DNA from: Corynebacterium amycolatum
GTDB lineage: Bacteria; Actinomycetota; Actinomycetes; Mycobacteriales; Mycobacteriaceae
Length of the DNA: 32,000 nucleotides
Assembly: GCF_049243625.1 (NCBI RefSeq)
Contig: NZ_CP046975.1
Direction: 5' to 3' (one strand)
Position 1 is the stretch's first letter, and each line of letters opens with the position of its first letter. The notes below the pieces were generated by a model. It did not search any database, was not told the DNA's origin, and saw nothing but the letters and a program-made list of their open reading frames with translations. A program made the translations under genes and the position numbers. Positions 1 to 10,513 of the stretch are shown in pieces.

Positions 1-342
1 ATCGTTTGGACTCAGCCGCGACATCTTCTCGACCGCCGCGCTCGCGCGTTCACGCCTGCTCCAGGTGCGTGGACGACCCTCGACGGCTCACGTTTGAAGG
101 TCGGAGAGCTCACCCCGCTTTCCGACGAGGACAGCGCTGCGGTCGACGAGGTGCGAAAGGCAGCTGCTCCAGAGGTGGCAGCCGCCACACCAGGTGAGTT
201 GGTAGTGGAGAAACACCGGGTATCCGTGCGTTGTGCCGATGGCTATGTGCAGCTGGTGAAGGTGCAGCCACAGGGTAAGAAGATGATGGATGCGTCCGAC
301 TGGGCGCGAGGTAGCCAACCCGGCGGAAAGGTCTGCGAGTAA
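1..342 (+). CDS. fmt: Methionyl-tRNA formyltransferase, C-terminal part (5' end outside window)
   Basis: Frame 1 is open from base 1 (IVWTQPRHLLDRRARAFTPAPGAWTTLDGSRLKVGEL...) to TAA at 340-342. The PAPGAWT / KVxxV pattern is typical of the Fmt C-terminal domain. It lies immediately upstream of rsmB, the conserved fmt-rsmB pairing. Confidence 0.85.
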   Translation: MVWTQPRHLLDRRARAFTPAPGAWTTLDGSRLKVGELTPLSDEDSAAVDEVRKAAAPEVAAATPGELVVEKHRVSVRCADGYVQLVKVQPQGKKMMDASDWARGSQPGGKVCE

Positions 343-1800
343 ATGGGCAACGACAAACCCCGCCACACCGGTGGCGGACGGCAGCGCAGCAACTGCGGCG
401 GACAGAACCGCGATGACCGCAACCGTAACCGTGACACCCGAGGAGGGGATAATCGCGGTGGCATTGACCAGCCACGCAAGGTCGCGCTGAAGGTACTAGC
501 TGACGTTCGCGAGAAGGATGCTTACGCAAACCTGCTGCTGCCCAAGTTGCTGAAGACACACAAGCTCAAGGGGCGGGATGCTGCTTTTGCAACGGAGCTG
601 ACGTACGGCACACTGCGGGCGGAAGGCCTGTTGGACGCCGTGATTGAGGCATCGTCGTCACGCCCGTTAAGCGATATTGCTGGACCGGTGATGGACGTGC
701 TACGCCTGGGCACGTACCAGCTGCTGCGTACGCGCGTCGACGCCTACGCAGCGGTCGATACCTCGGTGCGGGCAGTGGCGAAGGTGGCGGGACCTGGCGC
801 GCGCGGCTTTGTCAATGCCATTTTGAGGAAGGTCTCCTCGAAGACCGAAAGCGAATGGGTGGCTGAGATTGCGCCGGATCCCGCGACCGATCCGATTGGC
901 TACGTGGCAATGAAGCATGCCCACCCGCGCTGGATTGCTATGGAGTTTGCCCGCGCACTCGGTGCACAAGCCGGTGAGCTGCAGCAGGCACTCGCTGCCG
1001 ACGATGCCCGCCCGCTGGTGCACTTGGTCGCTCGTCCGGGCGAGATTACTGCTGAAGAATTGGCACTGATCACTGGCGGTGAAGAGGGACAGTGGTCGCC
1101 GTACTGCGTGCGCTTGGACTCCGGTGCCCCAGGAGAGTTGGAGCCGGTCCGACAGGGTTTGGCTGCGGTGCAGGACGAGGGTTCTCAGCTCATTGCGCGT
1201 GCCGTCACCATGGCACCCGTTGCCGGTGAAGACAGCGGCCGCTGGTTAGATCTGTGTTCCGGCCCCGGTGGTAAGTCAGCTTTCATCGGCGGCATTGCAG
1301 CTATTGAGGGCGCGAAGCTCGATGCTGTTGAGGTATCGGCGACTCGCGCAGAACTGGTGAAGAAGGCTACTACCGGGCTACCAGTGACTGTAACGGTTGC
1401 GGATGGTCGTGATACCGGGCTCGAGACAGGCTTTGACCGCATCTTGGTAGACGCGCCGTGCTCTGGCTTGGGCTCGCTCCGCCGTCGCCCGGAAGCGCGC
1501 TGGCGGAAGTCGCCGTCCGATCTGAACTCGTTGACTACGCTGCAGTTTGAACTGCTCAGCGAAGCTGTGCGTCTTGCACGGCCGGGTGGCATCATCGTCT
1601 ATTCCACGTGTTCGCCGCATCTGCGGGAAACCAGGGGCATTGTCGACAGGGCAGTGACGGAATTACCGGCGACTGAGCTGAGTGCACACGAGTTGGTAGC
1701 GCCGATGACTGATGTCGGACCGTATCCATCTGTGCAGATGTGGCCACACCGCCACGGGACCGATGCGATGTTCTTCTCAGTTTTGCGCAAGAACGACTAG
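343..1800 (+). CDS. rsmB: 16S rRNA (cytosine-C5) methyltransferase RsmB/Sun (Fmu)
   Basis: 485-aa ORF. It has a NusB-like N-domain (DAYANLLLPKLL, ATELTYGTLR) and SAM-MTase motifs VDAPCSGLGSLRRRPEARW and YSTCSPHLRET. The ATG directly abuts the fmt stop (TAAATG). The Arg/Gly/Asn/Asp-rich first ~40 aa leave the exact start uncertain. Confidence 0.92.
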   Translation: MGNDKPRHTGGGRQRSNCGGQNRDDRNRNRDTRGGDNRGGIDQPRKVALKVLADVREKDAYANLLLPKLLKTHKLKGRDAAFATELTYGTLRAEGLLDAVIEASSSRPLSDIAGPVMDVLRLGTYQLLRTRVDAYAAVDTSVRAVAKVAGPGARGFVNAILRKVSSKTESEWVAEIAPDPATDPIGYVAMKHAHPRWIAMEFARALGAQAGELQQALAADDARPLVHLVARPGEITAEELALITGGEEGQWSPYCVRLDSGAPGELEPVRQGLAAVQDEGSQLIARAVTMAPVAGEDSGRWLDLCSGPGGKSAFIGGIAAIEGAKLDAVEVSATRAELVKKATTGLPVTVTVADGRDTGLETGFDRILVDAPCSGLGSLRRRPEARWRKSPSDLNSLTTLQFELLSEAVRLARPGGIIVYSTCSPHLRETRGIVDRAVTELPATELSAHELVAPMTDVGPYPSVQMWPHRHGTDAMFFSVLRKND

Positions 1801-1811
1801 GCTCAGAGGTT

Positions 1812-2480
1812 ATGAGCGCACCAATTATTGCCCCGTCCATTCTCGCTGCTGACTTCGCTCGCCTCGACCGCGAGGTTGAGGCTGTAGCCAATGCAGATTG
1901 GCTACATATCGACGTCATGGATGGCCATTTCGTTCCCAACCTGTCCTTCGGCGCTCCGGTGCTGGAGGCCGTAGCTGCGGTGACGGACAAGTACTTGGAT
2001 GTCCATCTCATGATTGAAAACCCGGAGAAGTGGGTCGACACCTACATTAAGGCGGGGGCGAGCTCCGTTATCTTCCATGTGGAAGCCGCCGACGACGCCA
2101 TCGCACTGGCACGCCACATTCGTTCCCAGGGCGTGAAGGCCGGGTTCTCACTGCGCCCGGGTACCCCAATTGAGCCGTGGCTGGATCACCTCGCCGAATT
2201 CGACGAGGTGCTGGTCATGAGTGTCGAGCCCGGTTTCGGGGGCCAGTCCTTTATGCCGGATCAGCTGGCCAAGGTCGAGAAGCTACGTGAACGCATTGAT
2301 GCCGAAGGTCTGGATACTCTGATCGAGATTGACGGTGGTATCTCCGCCAAGACCATCGAATCCGCTGCCGCCGCTGGTTGCGACGCCTTTGTCGCAGGGT
2401 CGGCCGTTTTCGGCGCTGATGATCGTGCGGCGGCTGTCGATGAGCTGCGCGCATTGGCCACCGCTGCTGCAACTAAGTAG
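1812..2480 (+). CDS. rpe: Ribulose-phosphate 3-epimerase
   Basis: Motifs PSILAADFARL, HIDVMDGHFVPN, MSVEPGFGGQSF and EIDGGI. The track ORF starts at 1740 and overlaps rsmB. The internal ATG at 1812 (MSAPIIAPSIL) gives a canonical N-terminus and lies after the rsmB stop. Confidence 0.93.
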   Translation: MSAPIIAPSILAADFARLDREVEAVANADWLHIDVMDGHFVPNLSFGAPVLEAVAAVTDKYLDVHLMIENPEKWVDTYIKAGASSVIFHVEAADDAIALARHIRSQGVKAGFSLRPGTPIEPWLDHLAEFDEVLVMSVEPGFGGQSFMPDQLAKVEKLRERIDAEGLDTLIEIDGGISAKTIESAAAAGCDAFVAGSAVFGADDRAAAVDELRALATAAATK

Positions 2481-2496
2481 ACGGCGGTGAGAAACG

Positions 2497-3549
2497 GTGG
2501 CACAGTTTCCGGATCTCGTCTCCGCACAGCCGCTGACTGACGAGCAAGCGATGGCATTGGCCATAGAAGCCGGCCAGCGAGTTCGAGGCACCACTTATCC
2601 CAATCCACCGATTGGTTGCGTCATCCTCGATACCGCAGGGATCGCGGTAGGTGTGGCCGGAACTGAGCCTGTAGGCGGGCGACACGCAGAGCCACAGGCA
2701 TTGGAGATGGCGGGGCCACGAGCTCAGGGCGGCACTGCAGTGGTCACACTCGAGCCGTGCAATCATATCGGCCGTACACCACCGTGCACCGAGGCACTTG
2801 CGGCAGCCGGTGTTTCCCGCGTCATATTTGCAGTCGCCGATCCGAATCCCGTGGCCGCTGGCGGCAGCGAGTGGTTGCGTTATAAAGACATCGAGGTCGT
2901 TGAAGAATTCCAGCGTAACCGAGTAGCCGCTGGCTACCTACGTCCATGGTTACATTGGCAGCGCACTCGGCGCCCACACATCACGCTGAAGACTGCGGGC
3001 ACGCTGGATGGTTTCGCTGCCGCTACCGACCGCACCTCGCAGTGGATCACAGGGGAGCAGGCGCGGGCACGGGTACATATCGATCGTGCACGTCGGCAAG
3101 CGATTGTCGTCGGAACGGGAACAGTGCTCGCCGACAATCCGCGATTGACCGCGCGCACACCAGACGGCGAGGAGCTGTCAACACAACCTCTGCGCATCGC
3201 GATTGGCACTTCGGAGGTCGCCGCCGATGCGAATATCCGTGGCGATAACTTCCGCCACATTCGCACTCACGATGTGGAAGTGGCGCTGGAGACAATGGCG
3301 GATATGGGGCTTATTGACGTGCTGGTAGAAGGCGGTCCACGGCTCGCCAGCGCTTTCTTAGAAGCCGATGCTGTCGACGCGATTGAGTCCTATATTGCCC
3401 CGGCCTTTCTCGGCGCTGGTCTGCCAGTGACATCGGCCAACCACGAGACCACCATCACTGACATCTCCCGTTTCCGTACCGTCGCGGTAGAGACTCTGGG
3501 GGATGACATTTTGATCACGGCACTCCGCAGTGGCAAAGATCGCGGGTAG
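2497..3549 (+). CDS. ribD: Bifunctional riboflavin biosynthesis protein RibD (pyrimidine deaminase / uracil reductase)
   Basis: Zinc deaminase motifs HAEPQAL and LEPCNHIGRTPPC, followed by a C-terminal reductase domain (TLKTAGTLDG, VEGGPRLA). GTG start 16 nt after rpe. Confidence 0.93.
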   Translation: MAQFPDLVSAQPLTDEQAMALAIEAGQRVRGTTYPNPPIGCVILDTAGIAVGVAGTEPVGGRHAEPQALEMAGPRAQGGTAVVTLEPCNHIGRTPPCTEALAAAGVSRVIFAVADPNPVAAGGSEWLRYKDIEVVEEFQRNRVAAGYLRPWLHWQRTRRPHITLKTAGTLDGFAAATDRTSQWITGEQARARVHIDRARRQAIVVGTGTVLADNPRLTARTPDGEELSTQPLRIAIGTSEVAADANIRGDNFRHIRTHDVEVALETMADMGLIDVLVEGGPRLASAFLEADAVDAIESYIAPAFLGAGLPVTSANHETTITDISRFRTVAVETLGDDILITALRSGKDRG

Positions 3550-3619
3550 ACCGGCTAGAGTTAATTTTGGAAAAAATCTTTCAATTTATAACAAACGGTA
3601 AAGGATTTTCCTGACCACT

Positions 3620-4207
3620 ATGTTTACGGGAATTGTTGAGGAACTCGGCGAAATTCGCGAAATCCACCGCGAAGCCGATTCCATTACGCTGACCATTCGC
3701 GCGACCACCGTGCTTGACGACGTGCACCACGGTGACTCCATTGCTGTCAATGGCGTTTGTTTGACCGTCGTGGAGTTTGACAATGACTTCTTTACCGCTG
3801 ATCTCATGCAAGAGACTCTGGATAGGTCGAGTCTCGGCCAGGTTGAGGTCGGTTCCAAGGTCAACCTCGAACGTGCAACCGCAGTAGGGCAACGCCTCGG
3901 CGGCCATATCGTGCAGGGACATATCGATGGCACCGGCGAGGTTATTTCGCGCACGCCAGGGGAACGCTGGGAAGTAGTGCGGATTTCTCTGCCGAAGCAG
4001 CTCTCCAAGTATGTCGTGGAAAAGGGCTCAATTGCCGTGGATGGCACCTCGTTGACTGTCTCTGCAGTAGGCGAGAGGTTCTTTGAGGTCAGCCTGATAC
4101 CGACGACGCTGACGGACTCCGTTATTGGTTCAACCGCAGTAGGCACCAAGGTCAATTTGGAAGTCGATGTGCTAGCCAAGTACGTCGAGAAAATGTTGGA
4201 AAGATAA
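3620..4207 (+). CDS. ribE: Riboflavin synthase alpha chain
   Basis: Canonical N-terminus [10 protein letters not shown]. Two lumazine-binding repeats ([13 protein letters not shown] and [12 protein letters not shown]). Confidence 0.95.
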   Translation: MFTGIVEELGEIREIHREADSITLTIRATTVLDDVHHGDSIAVNGVCLTVVEFDNDFFTADLMQETLDRSSLGQVEVGSKVNLERATAVGQRLGGHIVQGHIDGTGEVISRTPGERWEVVRISLPKQLSKYVVEKGSIAVDGTSLTVSAVGERFFEVSLIPTTLTDSVIGSTAVGTKVNLEVDVLAKYVEKMLER

Positions 4208-4218
4208 GCTACAAGACT

Positions 4219-5481
4219 GTGATTAAGTTCGATTCTGTTGAACGGGCCATTGCGGACATCGCAGCCGGTAAGGCCGTGGTCGTCGTCGACGATGAAGATC
4301 GTGAGAACGAGGGCGACATCATCTTCGCCGCAGAGAAGGTAACGCCTGAACTTGTTGCCTTTATGGTTCGCTATTCCTCTGGTTACATCTGTGCACCGCT
4401 GACCGCCGAGGACTGCGAGCGTCTGAATCTGCCACCGATGGTGTCGGAGAATGAGGATGCCCGCGGTACCGCATACACAGTGACCGTGGATGCCAACACC
4501 GGTACGACCGGTATTTCCGCCACAGATCGTGCGAACACCATTCGTACTCTGGCTGACCCCACGTCCAGCCCGCACGATTTCACCCGACCGGGACACGTGG
4601 TTCCGTTGCGAGCTCGCGATGGTGGCGTCCTCATCCGTGCCGGCCACACCGAGGCTGCGGTCGATCTCGCCCGCCTGGCAGGGCTTCGTCCTGCCGGTGT
4701 GCTGTGTGAGGTTGTCTCCGAGGAAGACCCGACCAGCATGGCGCGCGCGGAGGAACTACGTCGCTTCTGCGACGACCACGATTTAGCGCTGATTTCCATC
4801 GAGCAGCTCATCGAATACCGTCGCCACAACGAACACTTGATTGAGCGCGTTGTCGAAACCAAGCTGCCGACCGACTACGGCGAGTTCCGTGCCATTGGTT
4901 ACCGCAGCCTTATCGACGGTGTCGAGCATGTCGCTCTCGTTGTGGGGGATGTGTCTTCCAACAATGGCCAGGATGTCCTCGTGCGTGTGCACTCCGAATG
5001 CCTCACCGGCGACGCATTGGGATCTCGCCGCTGCGACTGCGGGCAACAGCTGCACAACTCCATGCGCATGGTCCACGAGGCAGGGCGCGGCGTCATTCTC
5101 TACATGCGCGGTCACGAAGGCCGAGGCATTGGTCTGATGCCGAAGCTGCAGGCCTACCACCTGCAAGATGAAGGCGCTGACACCGTTGATGCCAATCTCG
5201 CACTCGGTTTGCCGTCGGACGCCCGCGAGTACGGCACTGGTGCACAGATTCTGCAGGATCTTGGGGTCACCTCTATGGCGCTGCTGACGAACAATCCGAC
5301 CAAGCGCGCCGGCCTAGGTGGTTATGGACTGGAGATGAGCCGCCGGGTACCGGTGCCAGTTGAGGTCAACGAGGATAACTTGAAATACTTGTTGACAAAG
5401 CGCGAACGCATGGGCCATGAACTTCCTTGGTTGGATGAGTACATGGAGACCCGCGGCATTTCGACAGAAGGAGCACAGTAG
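4219..5481 (+). CDS. ribBA: Bifunctional 3,4-dihydroxy-2-butanone-4-phosphate synthase / GTP cyclohydrolase II
   Basis: DHBP synthase motif [11 protein letters not shown] and GCH-II zinc motif [26 protein letters not shown] start. Confidence 0.95.
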   Translation: MIKFDSVERAIADIAAGKAVVVVDDEDRENEGDIIFAAEKVTPELVAFMVRYSSGYICAPLTAEDCERLNLPPMVSENEDARGTAYTVTVDANTGTTGISATDRANTIRTLADPTSSPHDFTRPGHVVPLRARDGGVLIRAGHTEAAVDLARLAGLRPAGVLCEVVSEEDPTSMARAEELRRFCDDHDLALISIEQLIEYRRHNEHLIERVVETKLPTDYGEFRAIGYRSLIDGVEHVALVVGDVSSNNGQDVLVRVHSECLTGDALGSRRCDCGQQLHNSMRMVHEAGRGVILYMRGHEGRGIGLMPKLQAYHLQDEGADTVDANLALGLPSDAREYGTGAQILQDLGVTSMALLTNNPTKRAGLGGYGLEMSRRVPVPVEVNEDNLKYLLTKRERMGHELPWLDEYMETRGISTEGAQ

Positions 5482-5964
5482 ATGAGCGGCGCAGGTCTTC
5501 CTGAAATTACCGTTCCCGATTCCACTGGTGTGACCGTCGGTCTGGTCACCTCTCACTGGAACGAGGAGATTACTGGGCAGCTTCGTCGTGAAGCGCTGGC
5601 ACAGGCTGAGGAGGCCGGCGCTGTAGTCACGGATGTGACTGTCGTCGGTGCTCTGGAGATTCCGGTTGTGGTACAGCAGCTCGCGCGAACTCACGACGCC
5701 GTGGTGGCGCTGGGATGCGTTATCCGCGGTGGTACGCCGCACTTCGACTATGTCTGCGACTCGGTGACTGAGGGGCTGACGCGGATTGCACTGGACTGTG
5801 AGACGCCTGTTGGCAATGGTGTATTGACCTGCAACACTGAGCAGCAGGCAATTGATCGTGCCGGCGGTGAGGGAGCTGTGGAGAATAAAGGTCGCGAGGC
5901 CATGGCCGCAGCGCTGCATACCGTCGCCGTGTTGAAGTCTCTTCGTGAAGGTGGAGCTGAGTAA
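5482..5964 (+). CDS. ribH: 6,7-dimethyl-8-ribityllumazine synthase
   Basis: Motifs GALEIPV and [14 protein letters not shown]. The ATG directly follows the ribBA TAG. Confidence 0.95.
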   Translation: MSGAGLPEITVPDSTGVTVGLVTSHWNEEITGQLRREALAQAEEAGAVVTDVTVVGALEIPVVVQQLARTHDAVVALGCVIRGGTPHFDYVCDSVTEGLTRIALDCETPVGNGVLTCNTEQQAIDRAGGEGAVENKGREAMAAALHTVAVLKSLREGGAE

Positions 5965-5966
5965 GA

Positions 5967-6461
5967 ATGGGTAACTCCGAACGCCACAGCAATTCGACTG
6001 CCGTCGACACCGGTAGTGAAGACAAATGGCTATTGGAAATCACCTCGCAAAAGCTGCGTCTGTGGGCGATTATCGCTGCAGTTGTAGTCTTCGCTATCCA
6101 TATCTTCATGGGCATCGTGGTGGACTTTGGTAACACCGGCGCTTCGGTGACGACTATTGACCAGCTGGCTTTCCCAATGATTGGTTTGATCATCGCCGGG
6201 GTAATCCTGCTGCTGACTCGGGCTCGCGTTCGCGTAAATGCCACGGGCGTGGAAGTCCGCAATCTGCTCAATGCGAAGTTCTACCCGTGGGTCGATGTCT
6301 ACGGCCTGAGTTTTCCAAAGAAGTCCCGCTGGGCTCGCTTGGAGCTGCCAGACTTTGAGTTTGTGCCGATGCTCGCGCTCCAGTCAGCCGACGGCAGCCG
6401 CGTCGTGGAAGACATCCGCCGGTTCCGTGAACTTGAAGACAAGTTCATGCCGGAGGATTAA
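5967..6461 (+). CDS. Conserved membrane protein with C-terminal bacterial PH-like domain (position equivalent to M. tuberculosis Rv1417)
   Basis: 164-aa ORF with two hydrophobic helices (LWAIIAAVVVFAIHIFMGIVV and FPMIGLIIAGVILLL), then a soluble segment (GVEVRNLLNAKFYPW...SFP). It sits at the conserved position between ribH and uvrC. Confidence 0.7.
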   Translation: MGNSERHSNSTAVDTGSEDKWLLEITSQKLRLWAIIAAVVVFAIHIFMGIVVDFGNTGASVTTIDQLAFPMIGLIIAGVILLLTRARVRVNATGVEVRNLLNAKFYPWVDVYGLSFPKKSRWARLELPDFEFVPMLALQSADGSRVVEDIRRFRELEDKFMPED

Positions 6462-6490
6462 CCCAAGGACATGTTTTAAGGACACCGTAA

Positions 6491-8539
6491 GTGACTGACC
6501 CTTCTCAGTACCGTCCCGCCCCCGGCACCATTCCCACGGAGCCGGGGGTGTACCGTTTTCTCGATTCAACCGGACGCGTTCTCTACGTCGGCAAGGCGAA
6601 GAATCTCCGTGCGCGTCTGTCTAACTACTTCCAGGACTTAACTCGGCTGCATCCCCGCACCCGCCAGATGGTGCAGTCCGCTTCGAAGGTGACGTGGACT
6701 GTTGTCCACAATGAGGTCGAAGCGCTGCAGTTGGAGTACACCTGGATCAAGCGCTTTAATCCGCGGTTCAACGTGATGTACCGCGACGATAAGTCGTATC
6801 CGATGTTGGCCGTCAGCGTCGGCGAGCTGTACCCGCGGCTGTTTCTCTACCGAGGACCGCGCCGGAATGGCGTGCGTTATTTCGGCCCCTATTCACACGC
6901 GTGGGCCATCCGAGAAACCCTCGACTTGCTTACACGAGTTTTCCCGGCCCGCACTTGTTCCAGGGGAGTCTTCAACCGGCAGCAGGCCCTGGGACGGCCC
7001 TGTTTGCTCGGCTATATCGACAAATGCTCGGCGCCTTGTGTCGGCCGTGTCAGTGCCGAAGAACACCGCGAAATTGTCCGTGGTTTTACCAGCTTCATGT
7101 CCGGGAATACGGGTCCGGTCACCAGGCGCTTGAAGAAGGAAATGGAGGAAGCTGCCGCCGAGTTAGACTTTGAGCGCGCCGCGAGCCTGCGCGACAACCT
7201 CGCTGCCATCGACAAGGTCATGGAGCGGCAGTCAGTCGTGCTTTCCGACGCCGCCGATGCCGATTTTATTGCGCTAGCAACCGACGAACTGGAAGCGGCC
7301 GTGCAGATTTTCCACGTTCGAGCAGGACGTATTTACGGTCAGCGCGGCTGGGTAGTGGAGAAGTCCGGCGAATACGCGACTACAGAGTTTCGAGAGGGAG
7401 AGACAGACCCCAGCTTGGGTGGGCTGCTAACGCAGTTCCTGACACAGTTCTATGGCGATGCCGCCAAGCACGCGGATGTCGACGGCGATGAATCGACCAC
7501 TGCTGCCCAAGTTGTGCCACGCGAAATTCTCGTCCAGGCCACGCCCGACGATCTTGACGAGGTTGCTGCATTTTTGGCCGATATTCGTGGCACCAATGTG
7601 GACATTCGGGTCCCGCAGCGCGGTGACAAGCGGACACTCATGGAGACCGTGCAGAAAAATGCAGCTGAAGCGCTACGCCAGCACAAACTAAAGCGAAGTG
7701 GAGATCTAACTACTCGATCGCAGGCTCTCTCCGAACTTCAGGACGCGCTGTTTATGGATGAAGCGCCGCTGCGTATCGAATGCACTGACATCTCGCATAT
7801 TCAAGGCACCGATGTGGTGGCCTCGTTGGTGGTCTTCGAGGACGGATTGCCGAAGAAGTCCGACTATCGCCGCTACCGTATCAAGGATGCAGCGGGTGAC
7901 GGTCGCTCCGACGACGTCGGCTCCATTGCTGAGGTGGTGCGCCGTCGTTTTCTGCGCCATAACGAGGACAAGCTCGCCATGCCCGATGATGCCAGCGAAA
8001 TGTTCGTCGAAGAGACGACTGATGCCGTCGATGAGCAGTCGAGGAGTAGCCGCAAATTTGCCTACCCGCCACAGTTGTTCATTGTCGACGGTGGTGCACC
8101 GCAGGTCGCAGCCGCTCAGGCAGTCCTCGATGAACTCGAGGTCACCGATGTGACGCTCGTGGGTATTGCCAAGCGCTTAGAAGAGCTGTGGATTCCCGAC
8201 GATGATGAGCCACTCATTCTGCCGCGCAATTCGGAAGCGATGTACCTTATCCAGCGAATTCGTGATGAGGCGCACCGCTTTGCCATTACTTATCACCGTC
8301 AGCAGCGCTCTAAGCGCATGCGCTCTTCGGTACTCGATGGCATTAAAGGGCTGGGGCCAGCACGCCGCAGTGAGTTGGTCAAACACTTTGGCTCCGTTGC
8401 GGCGCTGAAAAAGGCCAGCGTCGGGCAGATAGAAGAGGTAGCTGGTTTCGGGCCGACGCTCGCGAAAACTGTCTACGATTACCTCCACCCAGACGAAAAA
8501 TCCTCAGAACCAAACTCGGATGTCGGTACCGGAGAATAG
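6491..8539 (+). CDS. uvrC: Excinuclease ABC subunit C
   Basis: GIY-YIG motif [32 protein letters not shown] domain [16 protein letters not shown], and C-terminal Hh[23 protein letters not shown] start. Confidence 0.96.
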   Translation: MTDPSQYRPAPGTIPTEPGVYRFLDSTGRVLYVGKAKNLRARLSNYFQDLTRLHPRTRQMVQSASKVTWTVVHNEVEALQLEYTWIKRFNPRFNVMYRDDKSYPMLAVSVGELYPRLFLYRGPRRNGVRYFGPYSHAWAIRETLDLLTRVFPARTCSRGVFNRQQALGRPCLLGYIDKCSAPCVGRVSAEEHREIVRGFTSFMSGNTGPVTRRLKKEMEEAAAELDFERAASLRDNLAAIDKVMERQSVVLSDAADADFIALATDELEAAVQIFHVRAGRIYGQRGWVVEKSGEYATTEFREGETDPSLGGLLTQFLTQFYGDAAKHADVDGDESTTAAQVVPREILVQATPDDLDEVAAFLADIRGTNVDIRVPQRGDKRTLMETVQKNAAEALRQHKLKRSGDLTTRSQALSELQDALFMDEAPLRIECTDISHIQGTDVVASLVVFEDGLPKKSDYRRYRIKDAAGDGRSDDVGSIAEVVRRRFLRHNEDKLAMPDDASEMFVEETTDAVDEQSRSSRKFAYPPQLFIVDGGAPQVAAAQAVLDELEVTDVTLVGIAKRLEELWIPDDDEPLILPRNSEAMYLIQRIRDEAHRFAITYHRQQRSKRMRSSVLDGIKGLGPARRSELVKHFGSVAALKKASVGQIEEVAGFGPTLAKTVYDYLHPDEKSSEPNSDVGTGE

Positions 8540-8651
8540 GCGTAGAAGTAGGTAAACAAGTGGCTAAAACCGCACTTGAAACAGTGCTAGCGGGTTTACT
8601 TCCGCTAGTAAAACCGAGAGCGGTTGGCCGAAATTGTATTAGAGTATTGGC

Positions 8652-9542
8652 ATGATTACTTCGGGTTATTCCCCTCAGGCTGAAAAGTCACTTGTGCTGA
8701 TTACCGGCATGTCCGGTTCCGGACGCAATACGGCCGCCAGCGTCTTGGAGGAGATGGGCTGGTATGTCGCAGACAACCTGCCCCCGGAGTTGATTATGCG
8801 CATGGTCGAGTTGTCGTTTGAGGCGGACTCTCCAGTAGAGCGCCTCGCTATCGTCACCGACGTTCGCTCGCGCGCATTCGCGGGCAGTTTGGGGGAGGTG
8901 CTCGACGGACTCCGCAATGAGGGGCGCCAGCCCTATGTCATCTTCTTCGATGCTAACGACGACACCCTCATCGCCCGCTACGACTCAGTCCGCCGCACAC
9001 ATCCGCTGCAGGAAAATGGCACGCTTTCACAGGGTATTGCAGCTGAACGTCAGATGCTGCTGCCCATAAAGGGCATGTCGGATTTGGTAGTGGATACCTC
9101 TGACATGAGCGTGCACGATTTGCGCCGTGAGTTAGAGCATCAGCTGTCGGATACCGCTAGCAAGATTCAACAGATTACCATCGAGTCCTTCGGGTTTAAG
9201 CACGGTGCACCGCGCGATGCCGACATGCTTTTCGACGTCCGTTTTCTCCCCAACCCCTATTGGGTACCTGAGCTGCGTGCGGGCCGTGGTACCAACAAAG
9301 CAGTGGCCGACTACGTACTGTCCCAACCGGAGTCTCAGGGGTTCTTGGACAACGTCACAAACTTGATTGAATTGGTTTTGCCCGGTTACCGGCGTGAGGG
9401 CAAGGGTTTTATGACTATCGCTGTGGGATGCACCGGAGGCCACCACCGAAGTGTGGCCATGTCGGAGGCGCTGGCTAAGAAGCTCGAGGGAGTTTCCGGG
9501 ATCAACGTCAACGTCGTCCACCGCGATATTGACCGCAATTAG
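8652..9542 (+). CDS. rapZ: RNase adapter / nucleotide-binding protein RapZ (YvcJ family)
   Basis: Walker A ITGMSGSGRNTAA and the C-terminal signature GCTGGHHRSV. Confidence 0.93.
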   Translation: MITSGYSPQAEKSLVLITGMSGSGRNTAASVLEEMGWYVADNLPPELIMRMVELSFEADSPVERLAIVTDVRSRAFAGSLGEVLDGLRNEGRQPYVIFFDANDDTLIARYDSVRRTHPLQENGTLSQGIAAERQMLLPIKGMSDLVVDTSDMSVHDLRRELEHQLSDTASKIQQITIESFGFKHGAPRDADMLFDVRFLPNPYWVPELRAGRGTNKAVADYVLSQPESQGFLDNVTNLIELVLPGYRREGKGFMTIAVGCTGGHHRSVAMSEALAKKLEGVSGINVNVVHRDIDRN

Positions 9543-9565
9543 CGGTTTCCGTGGAGGTGTAGAAA

Positions 9566-10513
9566 TTGACATCAATTACCAGTCTGGGCGGCGGTCATGG
9601 TCTATTTGCCACGCTGAGAGCTGACCGTCAAGTTGCGGACCATGTCACAGCGGTGGTCACAGTTGCCGACGATGGAGGATCCTCCGGTCGCCTTCGTCGT
9701 GAGCTGGGGCAGATTCCCCCTGGAGACCTTCGCATGGCGCTCGCCGCGCTTTCCGCAGATACGGAAAAAGGAGATCTGTGGGAAAAGACACTGCAGCACC
9801 GCTTTGGCGGAACTGGCGCACTCGCAGGGCATGCGATTGGGAATCTGATCATTGCTGGCCTCACCAGTGTGATGGGAAATGAAGTCGACGCGCTTGACGA
9901 AATTGGCCGGTTGTTGCAAATCCAAGGTCGCGTCGTGCCCATGTCGCCAATCCCGTTAGAGATTGAGGCCGAAGTCGTTGGCCTGGAGCAGGATGCTCGC
10001 GTCGTGCGCCAAGTCCGTGGCCAGGTCGCAGTGGCCACCACGCCTGGCCAGGTGCGTCGAATCCGGCTGATTCCTGAGGCGCCGCCGGCATCCGAGGAGG
10101 CCATTGAAGCTATCCTCAATGCTGATTTGGTGACGCTGGGTCCGGGTTCGTGGTTCACTTCGGTTCTGCCACATCTTCAGGTGCCCGGGTTGCGGGACGC
10201 TCTGCAAGAAACCAATGCCACAACCGTCGTGGTGCTTAATCTGGTCGCCGAGCCGGGGGAGACCGCCGGTTTTTCTTCCGAACGGCACATCCATATGCTC
10301 ACGCAGCATGCACCTAACTTGAAGCTCAATTACGTGCTTGTCGACGACAACACGCCGCTCGCGGATACCGAACGGGAATACCTGCAGCGAGCGGCGGACA
10401 GCCTAGATGCGAAAGTGGTCTTCGCCGATGTGCAAGAAGTGGACGACTACGGAGCTCTGACGGGTCGGCATTCGCCGGAGAAGCTAGCTACTGCACTTCG
10501 TCAGTTCCTCTAA
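9566..10513 (+). CDS. yvcK: YvcK/CuvA-family gluconeogenesis and cell-shape factor (UPF0052, CofD-like)
   Basis: Motifs LGGGHGL and VTVADDGGSSGRLRRE. TTG start 8 nt after a GGAGG. Conserved rapZ-yvcK-whiA order. Confidence 0.9.
   Translation: MTSITSLGGGHGLFATLRADRQVADHVTAVVTVADDGGSSGRLRRELGQIPPGDLRMALAALSADTEKGDLWEKTLQHRFGGTGALAGHAIGNLIIAGLTSVMGNEVDALDEIGRLLQIQGRVVPMSPIPLEIEAEVVGLEQDARVVRQVRGQVAVATTPGQVRRIRLIPEAPPASEEAIEAILNADLVTLGPGSWFTSVLPHLQVPGLRDALQETNATTVVVLNLVAEPGETAGFSSERHIHMLTQHAPNLKLNYVLVDDNTPLADTEREYLQRAADSLDAKVVFADVQEVDDYGALTGRHSPEKLATALRQFL

Noticed and set aside
6-559. Several overlapping short ORFs on both strands at the fmt/rsmB junction (6-197, 88-366, 110-559, 243-479, 290-490).
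   Set aside because: They are alternative frames of the fmt and rsmB coding regions, Arg/Pro/Ser-rich, with no motifs.
1740-1811. Upstream-extended track starts: rpe 1740, gap 11851, tpiA 14268, ppc 15244, secG 18188, GntR 22088, ctaB 27695.
   Set aside because: The extensions overlap upstream genes or regulatory signals, add residues absent from homologues as I recall them, and internal starts have better SD spacing. Internal starts were preferred, with the alternatives noted.
2481-3619. Looked for an FMN riboswitch controlling the rib genes.
   Set aside because: Only 16 nt separate rpe and ribD, and the AT-rich ribD-ribE spacer shows none of the conserved FMN-element features. The rib genes appear to be read through from upstream genes.
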